Shown here piece after piece: positions 51,543-63,700 of a stretch of DNA of 64,000 nt. The position numbers were made by a program, and so were the translations under genes. Below the pieces are notes generated by a model. That model did not search any database. It was not told where the DNA came from and worked only from the letters and a program-made list of their open reading frames with translations. The DNA is from Eledone cirrhosa (taxonomy: Eukaryota), in NCBI GenBank assembly GCA_964016885.1, contig OZ024744.1:131750001-131814000 (forward strand), written 5' to 3'. Positions within the stretch are counted from its first letter, which is position 1, and every line of letters begins with the position of its first letter.

Positions 51543-52771
51543 TTCGGGGTTAAGTTAAGTTGGGGTTAAGTTAAGTTAGGCTTAACTTAAGTTGGGGTTA
51601 AGTTAAGTTGGGGGTAAGTTAAGTTCTGGGTAAGTTAAGTTGGGGTTAAGTTGGGGTTAAGTTAAGTTAGGGTTAAGTTAAGTTGGGGTTGAGTTAAGTT
51701 GGGGTTAAGTTAAGTTGGGGTTAAGTTAAGTTGGGGTCAAGTTAAGTTGGGGTTAAAATTAAGTTGGGGTTAAGTCAAGTTGGGGTTAAGTTAAGTTGAG
51801 GTTAATTTAGTTGGGGCTAAGTTAAGTTGGGGCTAAGTTAAGTTGGGGCTAAGTTAAGTTGGGGTTAAGTTAAGTTGGGGTTAAGTTAAGTTGGGGTTAA
51901 TTTAAATTGGGGTTAAGTTAACTTTGTGGTTAAGTTACGTTGGGGTTAAGTTAAGTTGGGGTTAAGTTAAGTTGGGGTTGAGTTAAGTTGGGGTTGAGTG
52001 AAGTTGGGGTTAAGTTAAGTTGGGGTTAAGTTAAGTTGGCGTTAAGTTAAGTTGGGGTTGAGTTAAGTTGGGGTTGAGTTAATTTAGGGTTAAGTTAAGT
52101 TGGGGTTAAGTTAAGTTGGGTTTAAATTAAGTTGGGGTTAAATTAAGTTGGGGTTAATTTAAGTTGGGGGTAAGTTAAGTTGGGGTTAAGTTAAGTTGGG
52201 GTTAAGTTAAGTTGGGGTTAAGTTAAGTTGGGGTCAAGTTAAGTTGGGGTTAAAATTAAGTTGGGGTTAAGTCAAGTTGGGGTTAAGTTAATTTGGGGTT
52301 AATTTAGTTGGGGTTAAGTTAAGTTGGGGCTAAGTTAAGTTGGGGCTAAGTTAAGTTGGGGCTAAGTTAAGTTGGGGTTAATTTAAGTTGGGGTTAAGTT
52401 AAGGTGGGGTTCAGTTAAGTTGCGGTTAAGTTAAGTTGGGGTTAAGTTAAGTTGGGGTTAAGTTAAGTTGGGGTTAAGTTAAGTTGGGGTTCAATTAAGT
52501 TGCGGTTAAGTTAAGTTGGGGTTAAGTTAAGTTGGGGTTAAGTTAAGTCGGGGTTAAGTTAAGTTGGGGTCAAGTTAAGTTGGGGTTAAGTTAAGTTGGG
52601 GTTAAGTTAAGTTGGTTAGTTAAGTTGAGTTTAAGTGAAGTTGGGGTTAATTTAAGTTGGGGTTAAGTTGGGGTTAAATTAATTTGGGGTTAAGTTAAGT
52701 TGGGGTTAAGTTAAGTTGGGGTTAAGTTAAGTTGGGGTTAAGTTAATTTGTGGTTAAGTTAAGTTGGGGTT

Positions 52772-53196
52772 AACCCCAACTTCACTCAACCCCACCTTAA
52801 CTCAACCCCAACTTAACTTAACCCCAACTTCACTCAACCCCAACTTAACTTAACCCCAACTTCACTCAACCCCAACTTAACTCAAACCCAACTTAACTTA
52901 ACCCCAACTTAACTTAACCCTAACTTAACTTAACCCCGACTTAACTTAACTTTGACTTAACTTAACCCCAACTTAACTTAACCCCAACTTAACTTAACCC
53001 CAACTTAACTTAACCACAAATTAACTTAACCCCAACTTAAATTAACCCCAACTTAAATTAACCCCAACTTAACTTAACCCCAACTTAACTTAACCCCAAC
53101 TTAACTCACACCCAACATAACTTACCCCCAACTTAACTTAACCCCAACTTGACTTAACCCCAACTTAACTTAACCCCAACTTAACTTAACCCCAAA
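52772..53196 (-). repeat. Inverted satellite island 11 (425 bp)
   Basis: C-rich orientation with the same junctions; private TTTGAC and AACATAA variants. Confidence 0.97.
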
Positions 53197-54382
53197 TTCG
53201 GGGTTAAGTTAAGTTGGGGTTAAGTTAAGTTAGGCTTAACTTAAGTTGGGGTTAAGTTAAGTTGGGGGTAACTTAAGTTCTGGGTAAGTTAAGTTGGGGT
53301 TAAGTTGGGGTTAAGTTAAGTTAGGGTTAAGTTAAGTTGGGGTTGAGTTAAGTTGGGGTTAAGTTAAGTTGGGGTTAAGTTAAGTTGGGGTCAAGTTAAG
53401 TTGGGGTTAAAATTAAGTTGGGGTTAAGTCAAGTTGGGGTTAAGTTAAGTTGGGGTTAATTTAGTTGGGGTTAAGTTAAGTTGGGGCTAAGTTAAGTTGG
53501 GGCTAAGTTAAGTTGGGGCTAAGTTAAGTTGGGGTTAAGTTAAGTTGGGGTTAAGTTAAGTTGGGGTTAATTTAAATTGGGGTTAAGTTAACTTTGTGGT
53601 TAAGTTACGTTGGGGTTAAGTTAAGTTGGGGTTAAGTTAAGTTGGGGTTGAGTTAAGTTGGGGTTGAGTGAAGTTGGGGTTAAGTTAAGTTGGGGTTAAG
53701 TTAAGTTGGCTTTAAGTTAAGTTGGGGTTGAGTTAAGTTGGGGTTGAGTTAATTTAGGGTTAAGTTAAGTTGGGGTTAAGTTAAGTTGGGGTTAATTTAA
53801 GTTGGGGGTAAGTTAAGTTGGGGTTAAGTTAAGTTGGGGTTAAGTTAAGTTGGGGTTAAGTTAAGTTGGGGTCAAGTTAAGTTGGGGTTAAAATTAAGTT
53901 GGGGTTAAGTCAAGTTGGGGTTAAGTTAATTTGGGGTTAATTTAGTTGGGGTTAAGTTAAGTTGGGGCTAAGTTAAGTTGGGGCTAAGTTAAGTTGGGGC
54001 TAAGTTAAGTTGGGGTTAATTTAAGTTGGGGTTAAGTTAAGGTGGGGTTCAGTTAAGTTGCGGTTAAGTTAAGTTGGGGTTAAGTTAAGTTGGGGTTAAG
54101 TTAAGTTGGGGTTAAGTTAAGTTGGGGTTCAGTTAAGTTGCGGTTAAGTTAAGTTGGGGTTAAGTTACGTTGGGGTTAAGTTAAGTCGGGGTTAAGTTAA
54201 GTTGGGGTCAAGTTAAGTTGGGGTTAAGTTAAGTTGGGGTTAAGTTAAGTTGGTTAGTTAAGTTGAGTTTAAGTGAAGTTGGGGTTAATTTAAGTTGGGG
54301 TTAAGTTAAGTTGGGGTTAAGTTAAGTTGGGGTTAAGTTAAGTTGGGGTTAAATTAATTTGTGGTTAAGTTAAGTTGGGGTT

Positions 54383-54678
54383 AACCCCAACTTCACTCAA
54401 CCCCACCTTAACTCAACCCCAACTTAACTTAACCCCAACTTCACTCAACCCCAACTTAACTTAACCCCAACTTCACTCAACCCCAACTTAACTCAACCCC
54501 AACTTAACTTAACCCCAACTTAACTTAACCCTAACTTAACTTAACCCCGACTTAACTTAACTTCGACTTAACTTAACCCCAACTTAACTTAACCCCAACT
54601 TAACTTAACCCCAACTTAACTTAACACAAATTAACTTAACCCCAACTTAAATTAACCCCAACTTAAATTAACCCCAAA
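54383..54678 (-). repeat. Inverted satellite island 12 (296 bp, internally shortened)
   Basis: Same junctions; shares AACACAAA and the right-hand loss with island 9. Confidence 0.96.
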
Positions 54679-57600
54679 TTCGGGGTTAAGTTAAGTTGGG
54701 GTTAAGTTAAGTTAGGCTTAACTTAAGTTGGGGTTAAGTTAAGTTGGGGGTAAGTTAAGTTCTGGGTAAGTTAAGTTGGGGTTAAGTTGGGGTTAAGTTA
54801 AGTTAGGGTTAAGTTAAGTTGGGGTTGAGTTAAGTTGGGGTTAATTTAGTTGGGGTTAAGTTAAGTTGGGGCTAAGTTAAGTTGGGGCTAAGTTAAGTTG
54901 GGGTTAAGTTGGGGTTAAGTTAAGTTGGGGTTAATTTAAATTGGGGTTAAGTTAACTTTGTGGTTAAGTTAAGTTGGGGTTAAGTTAAGTTGGGGTTGAG
55001 TTAAGTTGGGGTTGAGTGAAGTTGGGGTTAAGTTAAGTTGGGGTTAAGTTAAGTTGGCGTTAAGTTAAGTTGGGGTTGAGTTAAGTTGGGGTTGAGTTAA
55101 TTTAGGGTTAAGTTAAGTTGGGGTTAAGTTAAGTTGGGTTTAAGTTGAGTTGGGGTTAAATTAAGTTGGGGTTAAATTAAGTTGGGGTTAAGTTAAGTTG
55201 GGGGTAAGTTAAGTTGGGGTTAAGTTAAGTTGGGGTTAAGTTAAGTTGGGGTCAAGTTAAGTTGGGGTTAAAATTAAGTTGGGGTTAAGTCAAGTTGGGG
55301 TTAAGTTAAGTTGGTGTTAAGTTAAGTTGGGGCTAAGTTAAGTTGGGGTTGAGTTAAGTTGGGGTTAATTTAAATTGGGGTTAAGTTAACTTTGTGGTTA
55401 AGTTAAGTTGGGGTTAAGTTAAGTTGGGGTTAAGTTAAGTTGGGGTTGAGTTAAGTTGGGGTTGAGTGAAGTTGGGGTTAAGTTAAGTTGGGTTTAAGTT
55501 AAGTTGGCGTTAAGTTAAGTTGGGGTTGAGTGATGTTGGGGTTGAGTTAATTTAGGGTTAAGTTAAGTTGGGGTTAAGTTAAGTTGGGTTTAAGTTAAGT
55601 TGGTGTTAAGTTAAGTTGGGACTAAGTTAAGTTGGGGTTGAGTTAAGTTGGGGTTAATTTAAATTGGGGTTAAGTTAACTTTGTGGTTAAGTTAAGTTGG
55701 GGTTAAGTTAAGTTGGGGTTAAGTTAAGTTGGGGTTGAGTTAAGTTGGGGTTGAGTGAAGTTGGGGTTAAGTTAAGTTGGGGTTAAGTTAAGTTGGCGTT
55801 AAGTTAAGTTGGGGTTGAGTTAAGTTGGGGTTGAGTTAATTTAGGGTTAAGTTAAGTTGGGGTTAAGTTAAGTTGGGTTTAAGGTAAGTTGGGGTTAAGT
55901 TAAGTTGGGGGTAAGTTAAGTTGGGGTTAATTAAGTTGGGGTTAAGTTAAGTTGGGGTTAAGTTAAGTTGGGGTCAAGTTAAGTTGGGGTTAAAATTAAG
56001 TTGGGGTTAAGTCAAGTTGGGGTTAAGTTAAGTTGGGGTTAATTTAGTTGGGGTTAAGTTAAGTTGGGGCTAAGTTAAGTTGGGGCTAAGTTAAGTTGGG
56101 GCTAAGTTAAGTTGGGGTTAAGTTAAGTTGGGGTTAAGTTAAGGTGGGGTTAATTTAAGTTGGGGTCAACTTAAATTGGGGTTAAGTTAAGTTGGGGTTA
56201 AGTTAAGTTGGGGTTAAGTTAAGTTGGGGTTAAGTTAAGTTGGGGTTAAATTAAGTTGGTGTTAAGTTGTGTTGGGGCTAAGTTAAGTTGGGGCTGAGTT
56301 AAGTTGGGGCTGAGTTAAGTTGGGGTTAAGTTAAGTTGGGGTTGAGTTAAGTTGGGGTTAAGTTAAGTTGGGGTTAAGTTAAGTTGGGGTTAAGTTAAGT
56401 TGGGGTTAAGTTAAGTTGGGGTTGAGTTAAGTTGGGGTTAAGTTAAGTTGGGGTTCAGTTAATTTGGGGTTAAGTTAAGTTGGGGTTAAGATGGGGTTAA
56501 ATTATGTTGGGGTTAAGTTAAGTTGGGGTTAAGTTAAGTTGGGGTTCAGTTAAGTTGGGGTTAAGTTAAGTTGGGGTTAAGATGGGGTTAAATTAAGTTG
56601 GGGTTAAGTTAAGTTGGGGTTAAGTTAAGTCGGGGTTAAGTTAAGTCGGGGTTAAGTTAAGTTAGGGTTAATTTAAGTTGGAGTTGAGTTATGTTGGGGT
56701 TAAGTTAAGTTGGGGTTAAGTTAAGTTGCAGTTAATTTAAGTTGAGGTTAAGTTGAGTTGGGGTTAAGTTAAGTTGGGGTTAAGTTAAGATGGGGCTAAG
56801 TTAAGTTGGGGCTAAGTTAAGTTGGGGCTAAGTTAAGTTGGGATTCAGTTAAGTTGGGGTTAAGTTAAGTTTGGGTTAAGTTAAGTTGGGTTTATATTAA
56901 GTTGGGGTTAAGTTAAGTTGGGGTTAAGTTAAGTTGGGGTTCAGTTAAGTTGCGGTTAAGTTAAGTTGGGGTTAAGTTAAGTTGGGGTTAAGTTAAGTTG
57001 GGGTTAAGTTAAGTTGGGGTTAAGTTAAGTTGGTGTTAAGTTAAGTTGGGGCTAAGTTAAGTTGGGGCTGAGTTAAGTTGGGGTTAAGTTAAGTTGGGGT
57101 TGAGTTAAGTTGGGGTTTAGTTAAGTTGGGGTTCAGTTAAGTTGGGGTTAAGTTAAGTTTGGGTTAAGTTGGGGTTAAATTAATTTGGGGTTAAGTTAAG
57201 TTGGGGTTTAGTTTAGTTGGGGTTAAGTTAAGTTGGGGTTAATTTAAGTTGGGGTTAAGTTAAGTTGCGGGTAATTTAAGTTGGGGTTAAGTTAAGTTGG
57301 GGTTAAGTTAAGTTGGGGTTAAGTTAAGTTGGGGTTAAGTTAAGTTGGGGTTAAGTTAAGTTGGGGTTAAGTTAAGTTGGGGTTAAGTTAAGTTGGGGTC
57401 AAGTTAAGTTGGGGTTAAAATTAAGTTGGGGTTTAGTTAAGTTGGGGTTCAGTTAAGTTGGGGTTAAGTTAAGTTTAGGTTAAGTTGGGGTTAAATTAAT
57501 TTGGGGTTAAGTTAAGTTGGGGTTTAGTTAAGTTGGGGTTAAGTTAAGTTGGGGTTAATTTAAGTTGGGGTTAAGTTAAGTTGCGGGTAATTTAAGTTGG

Positions 57601-60600
57601 GGTTAAGTTAAGTTGGGGTTAAGTTAAGTTGGGGTTAAGTTAAGTTGGGGGTAAGTTAAGTTGGGGGTAAGTTAAGTTGGGGGTAAGTTAAGTTGGGGTT
57701 AAGTTAAGTTGGGGTTAAGTTAAGTTAGGGTTAAGTTAAGTTGGGGTTGAGTTAAGTTGGGGTTAAGTTAAGTTGGGGTTATGTTAAGTTGGGGTTAAGT
57801 TAAATTGGGGTTAAATTAAGTTGGGGTTAAGTTAAGTTGGGGTTAAGTTAAGTTGGGGTTAAGTTAGATTGTGGTTAAGTTAAGTTGGGGTTAAGTTAAG
57901 TTGGGGTTAATTTAAGTTGGGGTTAAGTTAAGGCGGGGTTAAGTTGAGTTGGTGTTAAGTTAAGTTGGGGTTAAGTTAAGTTGGGGTTGAGTTAATTTTG
58001 GGTTAACTTAAGTTGGGGGTACTTAAGTTGGGTTTAAGTTAAGTGGGGTTAAGTTAAGTTGGGGTTAAGTTAAGTTGGGGGTAAGTTAAGTTGGGGTTAA
58101 TTTAAGTTGGGTCTAATTAAGTTGGGGTTAAGTTAAGTTGGGGTTAAGTAAAGTTGGGGTTGAGTTAAGTTGGGGTTAATTTAAGTTGGGGCTAAGTTAA
58201 TTTGTGGTTAAGTTAAGTTGGGGTTAAGTTAAGTTGGGGTTAAGTTAAGTTGGGGCTGAGTTAAGTTGGGGTTGAGTTAATTTAGGGTTAAGTTAAGTTG
58301 GGGTTACGTTAAGTTGGGTTTAAGTTAAGTTGGGGTTAAATTAAGTTGGGGTTAAGTTAAGTTGGGGGTAAGTTAAGTTGGGGGCAAGTTAAGTTGGGGA
58401 TAAGTTAAGTTGGGGTTAAATTAAGTTGGGGTTAATTTAAGTTGGTGTTAAGTTAAGTTGGGGTTTATTTAAGTTGGGGTTAATTAAGTTGGGGTTAAGT
58501 TTAGTTGGGGTTAAGTTAAGTTGGGGTTAATTTAAGTTGGGGTTGAGTTAAGTTGGGGTTAAGTTAAGTTGGGTTTATATTAAGTTGGGGTTAAGTTAAG
58601 TTGGGGTTAAGTTAAGTTGGGGTTCAGTTAAGTTGCGGTTAATTTAAGTTGGGGTTAAGTTAAGTTGGGGTTAAGTTAAGTTGGGGTTAAGTTAAGTTGG
58701 GGTTAAGTTAAGTTGGGGTTAAGTTAAGTTGGGGTTAAGTTAAGTTGGGGTTTAGTTAAGTTGGGGTTCAGTTAAGTTGGGGTTAAGTTAAGTTTAGGTT
58801 AAGTTGGGGTTAAATTAATTTGGGTTTAAGTTAAGTTGGGGTTTAGTTAAGTTGGGCTTAAGTTAAGTTGGGGTTAATTTAAGTTGGGGTTAAGTTAAGT
58901 TGCGGGTAATTTAAGTTGGGGTTAAGTTAAGTTGGGGTTAAGTTAAGTTGGGGTTAAGTTAAGTTAGGGTTAAGTTAAGTTGGGGGTAAGTTAAGTTGGG
59001 GGTAAGTTAAGTTGGGGGTAATTTAAGTTGGGGTTAAGTTAAGTTGGGGTTAAGTTAAGTTAGGGTTAAGTTAAGTTGGGGTTGAGTTAAATTGGGGTTA
59101 AGTTAAGTTGGGGTTATGTTAAGTTGGGGTTAAGTTAAGTTGCGGTTAAGTTAAGTTGGGGTTAAGTTAAGTTGGGGTAAAGTTAAATTGGGGTTAAGTT
59201 AAGTTGGGGTTAAGTTAAGTTGGGGTTAATTTAAGTTGGGGTTAAGTTAGATTGTCGTTAAGTTAAGTTGGGGTTAAGTTAAGTTGGGGTTAAGTTAAGG
59301 CGGGGTTAAGTTGAGTTGGTGTTAAGTTAAGTTGGGGTTAAGTTAAGTTGGGGTTGAGTTAATTTTGGGTTAACTTAAGTTGGGGGTACTTAAGTTGGGT
59401 TTAAGTTAAGTGGGGTTAAGTTAAGTTGGGGTTAAGTTAAGTTGGCATTAAGTTAGGTTGTGGTTAAGTTAAGTTGGGGGTAAGTTAAGTTGGGAGTAAG
59501 TTAAGTTGGGGTTAATTTAGGTTGGGTCTAATTAAGTTGGGGTTAAGATAAGTTGGGGTTAAGTTAAGTTGGGGTTGAGTTAATTTGGGGTTAACTTAAG
59601 TTGGGGGTACTTAAGTTGGGGTTAAGTTAAGTTGGGGTTAAGTTAAGTGGTGGTTATGTTAAGTTGGGGTTAAGTTAAGTTGGGGTTAATTTAAATTGGG
59701 GTTAAGTTAACTTTGTGGTTAAGTTAAGTTGGGGTTAAGTTAAGTTGTGGTTCAGTTAAGTTGCGGTTAAGTTAAGTTGGGGTTAAGTTAAGTTGGGGTC
59801 AAGTTAAGCTGGGGTTAAGTTAAGTTGGGGTTAAGTTAGGTTGGTTAATTAAGTTGAGTTTAAGTTAAGTTGGGGTTAATTTAAGTTGGGTTTAAGTTAA
59901 GTTGGGGTTAAGTTAAGTTGGGGTTAAGTTAAGTTGGGGTCAAGTTAAGTTGGGGTTAAAATTAAGTTGGGGTTTAGTTAAGTTGGGGTTCAGTTAAGTT
60001 GGGGTTAAGTTTAGGTTAAGTTGGGGTTAAATTAATTTGGGGTTAAGTTAAGTTGGGGTTTAGTTAAGTTGGGGTTAAGTTAAGTTGGGGTTAATTTAAG
60101 TTGGGGTTAAGTTAAGTTGCGGGTAATTTAAGTTGGGGTTAAGTTAAGTTGGGGTTAAGTTAAGTTGGGGTTAAGTTAAGTTGGGGTTAAGTTAAGTTGG
60201 GGGTAAGTTAAGTTGGGGGTAAGTTAAGTTGGGGGTAAGTTAAGTTGGGGTTAAGTTAAGTTGGGGTTAAGTTAAGTTAGGGTTAAGTTAAGTTGGGGTT
60301 GAGTTAAGTTGGGGTTAAGTTAAGTTGGGGTTATGTTAAGTTGGGGTTAAGTTAAGTTGGGGTTAAGTTAAATTGGGGTTAAGTTAAGTTGGGGTTAAGT
60401 TAAGTTGGGGTTAAGTTAAGTTGGGGTTAAGTTAGATTGTGGTTAAGTTAAGTTGGGGTTAAGTTAAGTTGGGGTTAAGTTAAGTTGGGGTTAAGTTAAG
60501 GCGGGGTTAAGTTGAGTTGGTGTTAAGTTAAGTTGGGGTTAAGTTAAGTTGGGGTTGAGTTAATTTTGGGTTAACTTAAGTTGGGGGTAAGTTAAGTTGG

Positions 60601-60769
60601 GGGTAAGTTAAGTTGGGGTTAATTTAAGTTGGGTCTAATTAAGTTGGGGTTAAGTTAAGTTGGGGTTAAGTTAAGTTGGGGTTGAGTTAAGTTGGTGTTA
60701 ATTTAAGTTGGGGCTAAGTTAATTTGTGGTTAAGTTAGGTTGGGGTTAAGTTAAGTTGGGGTTAAGTTA

Positions 60770-63700
60770 AGTTGGGGCTGAGTTAAGTTGGGGTTGAGTT
60801 AATTTAGGGTTAAGTTAAGTTGGGGTTAAGTTAAGTTGGGTTTAAGTTAAGTTGGGGTTAAATTAAGTTGGGGTTAAGTTAAGTTGGGGGTAAGTTAAGT
60901 TGGGGTTAAGTTAAGTTGGGACTAAGTTAAGTTGGGGCTGAGTTAAGTTGGGGTTAAGTTAAGTTGGGGTTAAGTTAAGTTGGGGTTAAGTTAGGTTGTG
61001 GTTAAGTTAAGTTGGGGGTAAGTTAAGTTGGGGGTAAGTTAAGTTGGGGTTAATTTAAGTTGGGTCTAATTAAGTTGGGGTTAAGTTAAGGTGGGGTTAA
61101 GTTAAGTTGGGGTTGAGTTAAGTTGGGGTTAATTTAAGTTGGGGCTAAGTTAATTTGTGGTTAAGTTAAGTTGGGGTTAAGTTAAGTTGGGGTTAATTTA
61201 AGTTGGGGGTAAGTTAAGTTGGGGGCAAGTTAAGATGGGTTAAGTTAAGTTGGGGTTAAATTAAGTTGGGGTTAAGTTAAGTTGGTGTTAAGTTAAGTTG
61301 GGGTTGAGTTAAGTTGGGGTTAAGTTAAGTTGGGTTTATATTAAGTTGGGGTTAAGTTAAGTTGGGGTTCAGTTAAGTTGCGGTTAATTTAAGTTGGGGT
61401 TAAGTTAAGTTGGGGTTAACTTAAGTTGGGGTTAAGTTAAGTTGGGGTTAAGTTAAGTTGGTGTTAAGTTAAGTTGGGGCTAAGTTAAGTTGGGGCTGAG
61501 TTAAGTTGGGGCTGAGTTAAGTCGGGGTTAAGTTAAGTTGGGGTTGAGTTAAGTTGGGGTTAAGTTAAGTTGGGGTTAAGTTAAGTTGGGGTTAAGTTAA
61601 GTTGGGGTTAAGTTAAGTTGGGGTTTAGTTAAGTTGGGGTTCAGTTAAGTTGGGGTTAAGATAAGTTTAGGTTAAGTTGGGGTTAAATTAATTTGGGGTT
61701 AAGTTAAGTTGGGGTTTAGTTAAGTTGGGGTTAAGTTAAGTTGGGGTTAATTTAAGTTGGGGTTAAGTTAAGTTGCGGGTAATTTAAGTTGGGGTTAAGT
61801 TAAGTTGGGGTTAAGTTAAGTTGGGGTTAAGTTAAGTTGGGGTTAAGTTAAGTTGGGGGTAAGTTAAGTTGGGGTTAAGTTAAGTTGGGGTTAAGTTAAG
61901 TTAGGGTTAAGTTAAGTTGGGGTTGAGTTAAATTGGGGTTAAGTTAAGTTGGGGTTATGTTAAGTTGGGGTTAAGTTAAGTTGCGGTTAAGTTAAGTTGG
62001 GGTTAAGTTAAGTTGGGGTTAAGTTAAATTGGGGTTAAGTTAAGTTGGGGTTAAGTTAAGTTGGGGTTAAGTTAAGTTGGGGTTAAGTTAGATTGTGGTT
62101 AAGTTAAGTTGGGGTTAAGTTAAGTTGGGGCTAAGTTAAGTTGGGGTTAAGTTAAGGCGGGGTTAAGTTGAGTTGGTGTTAAGTTAAGTTGGGGTTAAGT
62201 TAAGTTGGGGTTGAGTTAATTTTGGGTTAACTTAAGTTGGGGGTACTTAAGTTGGGTTTAAGTTAAGTGGGGTTAAGTTAAGTTGGGGTTAAGTTAAGTT
62301 GGGGTTAAGTTAAGTTGGGATTAAATTAGGTTGTGGTTAAGTTAAGTTGGGGGTAAGTTAAGTTGGGGGTAAGTTAAGTTGGGGTTAATTTAAGTTGGGT
62401 CTAATTAAGTTGGGGTTAAGTTAAGTTGGGGTTAAGTTAAGTTGGGGTTGAGTTAATTTGGGGTTAACTTAAGTTGGGGGTACTTAAGTTGGGGTTAAGT
62501 TAAGTTGGGGTTAAGTTAAGTGGTGGTTATGTTAAGTTGGGGTTAAGTTAAGTTGGGGTTAATTTAAATTGGGGTTAAGTTAACTTTGTGGTTAAGTTAA
62601 GTTGGGGTTAAGTTAAGTTGGGGTTAAGTTAAGTTGGGGTTCAGTTAAGTTGCGGTTAAGTTAAGTTGGGGTTACGTTAAGTTGGGGTCAAGTTAAGCTG
62701 GGGTTAAGTTAAGTTGGGGTTAAGTCAGGTTGGTTAGTTAAGTTGAGTTTTAGTTAAGTTGGGGTTAATTTAAGTTGGGTTTAAGTTAAGTTGGGGTTAA
62801 GTTAAGTTGGGGTTAAGTTAAGTTGGGGTTAAGTTAATTTGGGGTTCAGTTAAGTTGGGGTTAAGTCAAGTTGGGGTTAAGTTGGGGTTAAATTAATTTG
62901 GGGTTAAGTTAAGTTGGGGTTAAGTTAAGTTGGGGTTAAGTTAAGTTGGGGTTAAGTTAATTTGTGGTTAAGTTAAGTTGGGGTTAACCCCAACTTCACT
63001 CAACCCCACCTTAACTCAACCCCAACTTAACTTAACCCCAACTTCACTCAACCCCAACTTAACTTAACCCCAACTTCACTCAACCCCAACTTAACTCAAA
63101 CCCAACTTAACTTAACCCCAACTTAACTTAACCTTAACTTAACTTAACCCCGACTTAACTTAACTTCGACTTAACTTAACCCCAACTTAACTTAACCCCA
63201 ACTTAACTTAACCCCAACTTAACTTAACCACAAATTAACTTAACCCCAACTTAAATTAATCCCAACTTAAATTAACCCCAACTTAACTTAACCCCAACTT
63301 AACTTAACCCCAACTTAACTCACACCCAACTTAACTTACCCCCAACTTAACTTAACCCCAACTTGACTTAACCCCAACTTAACTTAACCCCAACTTAACT
63401 TAACCCCAAATTCGGGGTTAAGTTAAGTTGGGGTTAAGTTAAGTTAGGCTTAACTTAAGTTGGGGTTAAGTTAAGTTGGGGGTAAGTTAAGTTCTGGGTA
63501 AGTTAAGTTGGGGTTAAGTTAAGTTGGGGTTAAGTTGGGGTTAAGTTAAGTTAGTGTTAAGTTAAGTTGGGGTTGAGTTAAGTTGGGGTTAAGTTAAGTT
63601 GGGGTTAAGTTAAGTTGGGGTCAAGTTAAGTTGGGGTTAAAATTAAGTTGGGGTTAAGTCAAGTTGGGGTTAAGTTAAGTTGGGGTTAATTTAGTTGGGG

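Larger units (their letters stand above)
50420..60410 (+). repeat. Older, more diverged copy of about 36500-47080 (offset ~13.3-14.0 kb)
   Basis: Island trios 7/8/9 and 10/11/12 correspond. Rare markers occur in both blocks in the same order: GAGTGATG (~41611/~55528), TTGCAG (~42671/~56726), GGTTACGTTA (~45021/~58302). Offsets drift because of indels. Confidence 0.8.

Noticed and set aside
52951-52956. TTCGAC to TTTGAC change as evidence of CpG methylation
   Set aside because: It is a single event, which is insufficient to infer methylation-driven deamination.
2364-63410. Inversions as chimeric or fold-back read artefacts
   Set aside because: The same junctions recur in 13 copies carrying lineage-consistent private variants, and islands are not mirror copies of the adjacent sequence. 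Read-level confirmation is still desirable.
2364-63410. Recombinase-driven invertible switch (shufflon-like)
   Set aside because: All islands have the same internal orientation, no flipped state is seen, and no recombinase gene is present.
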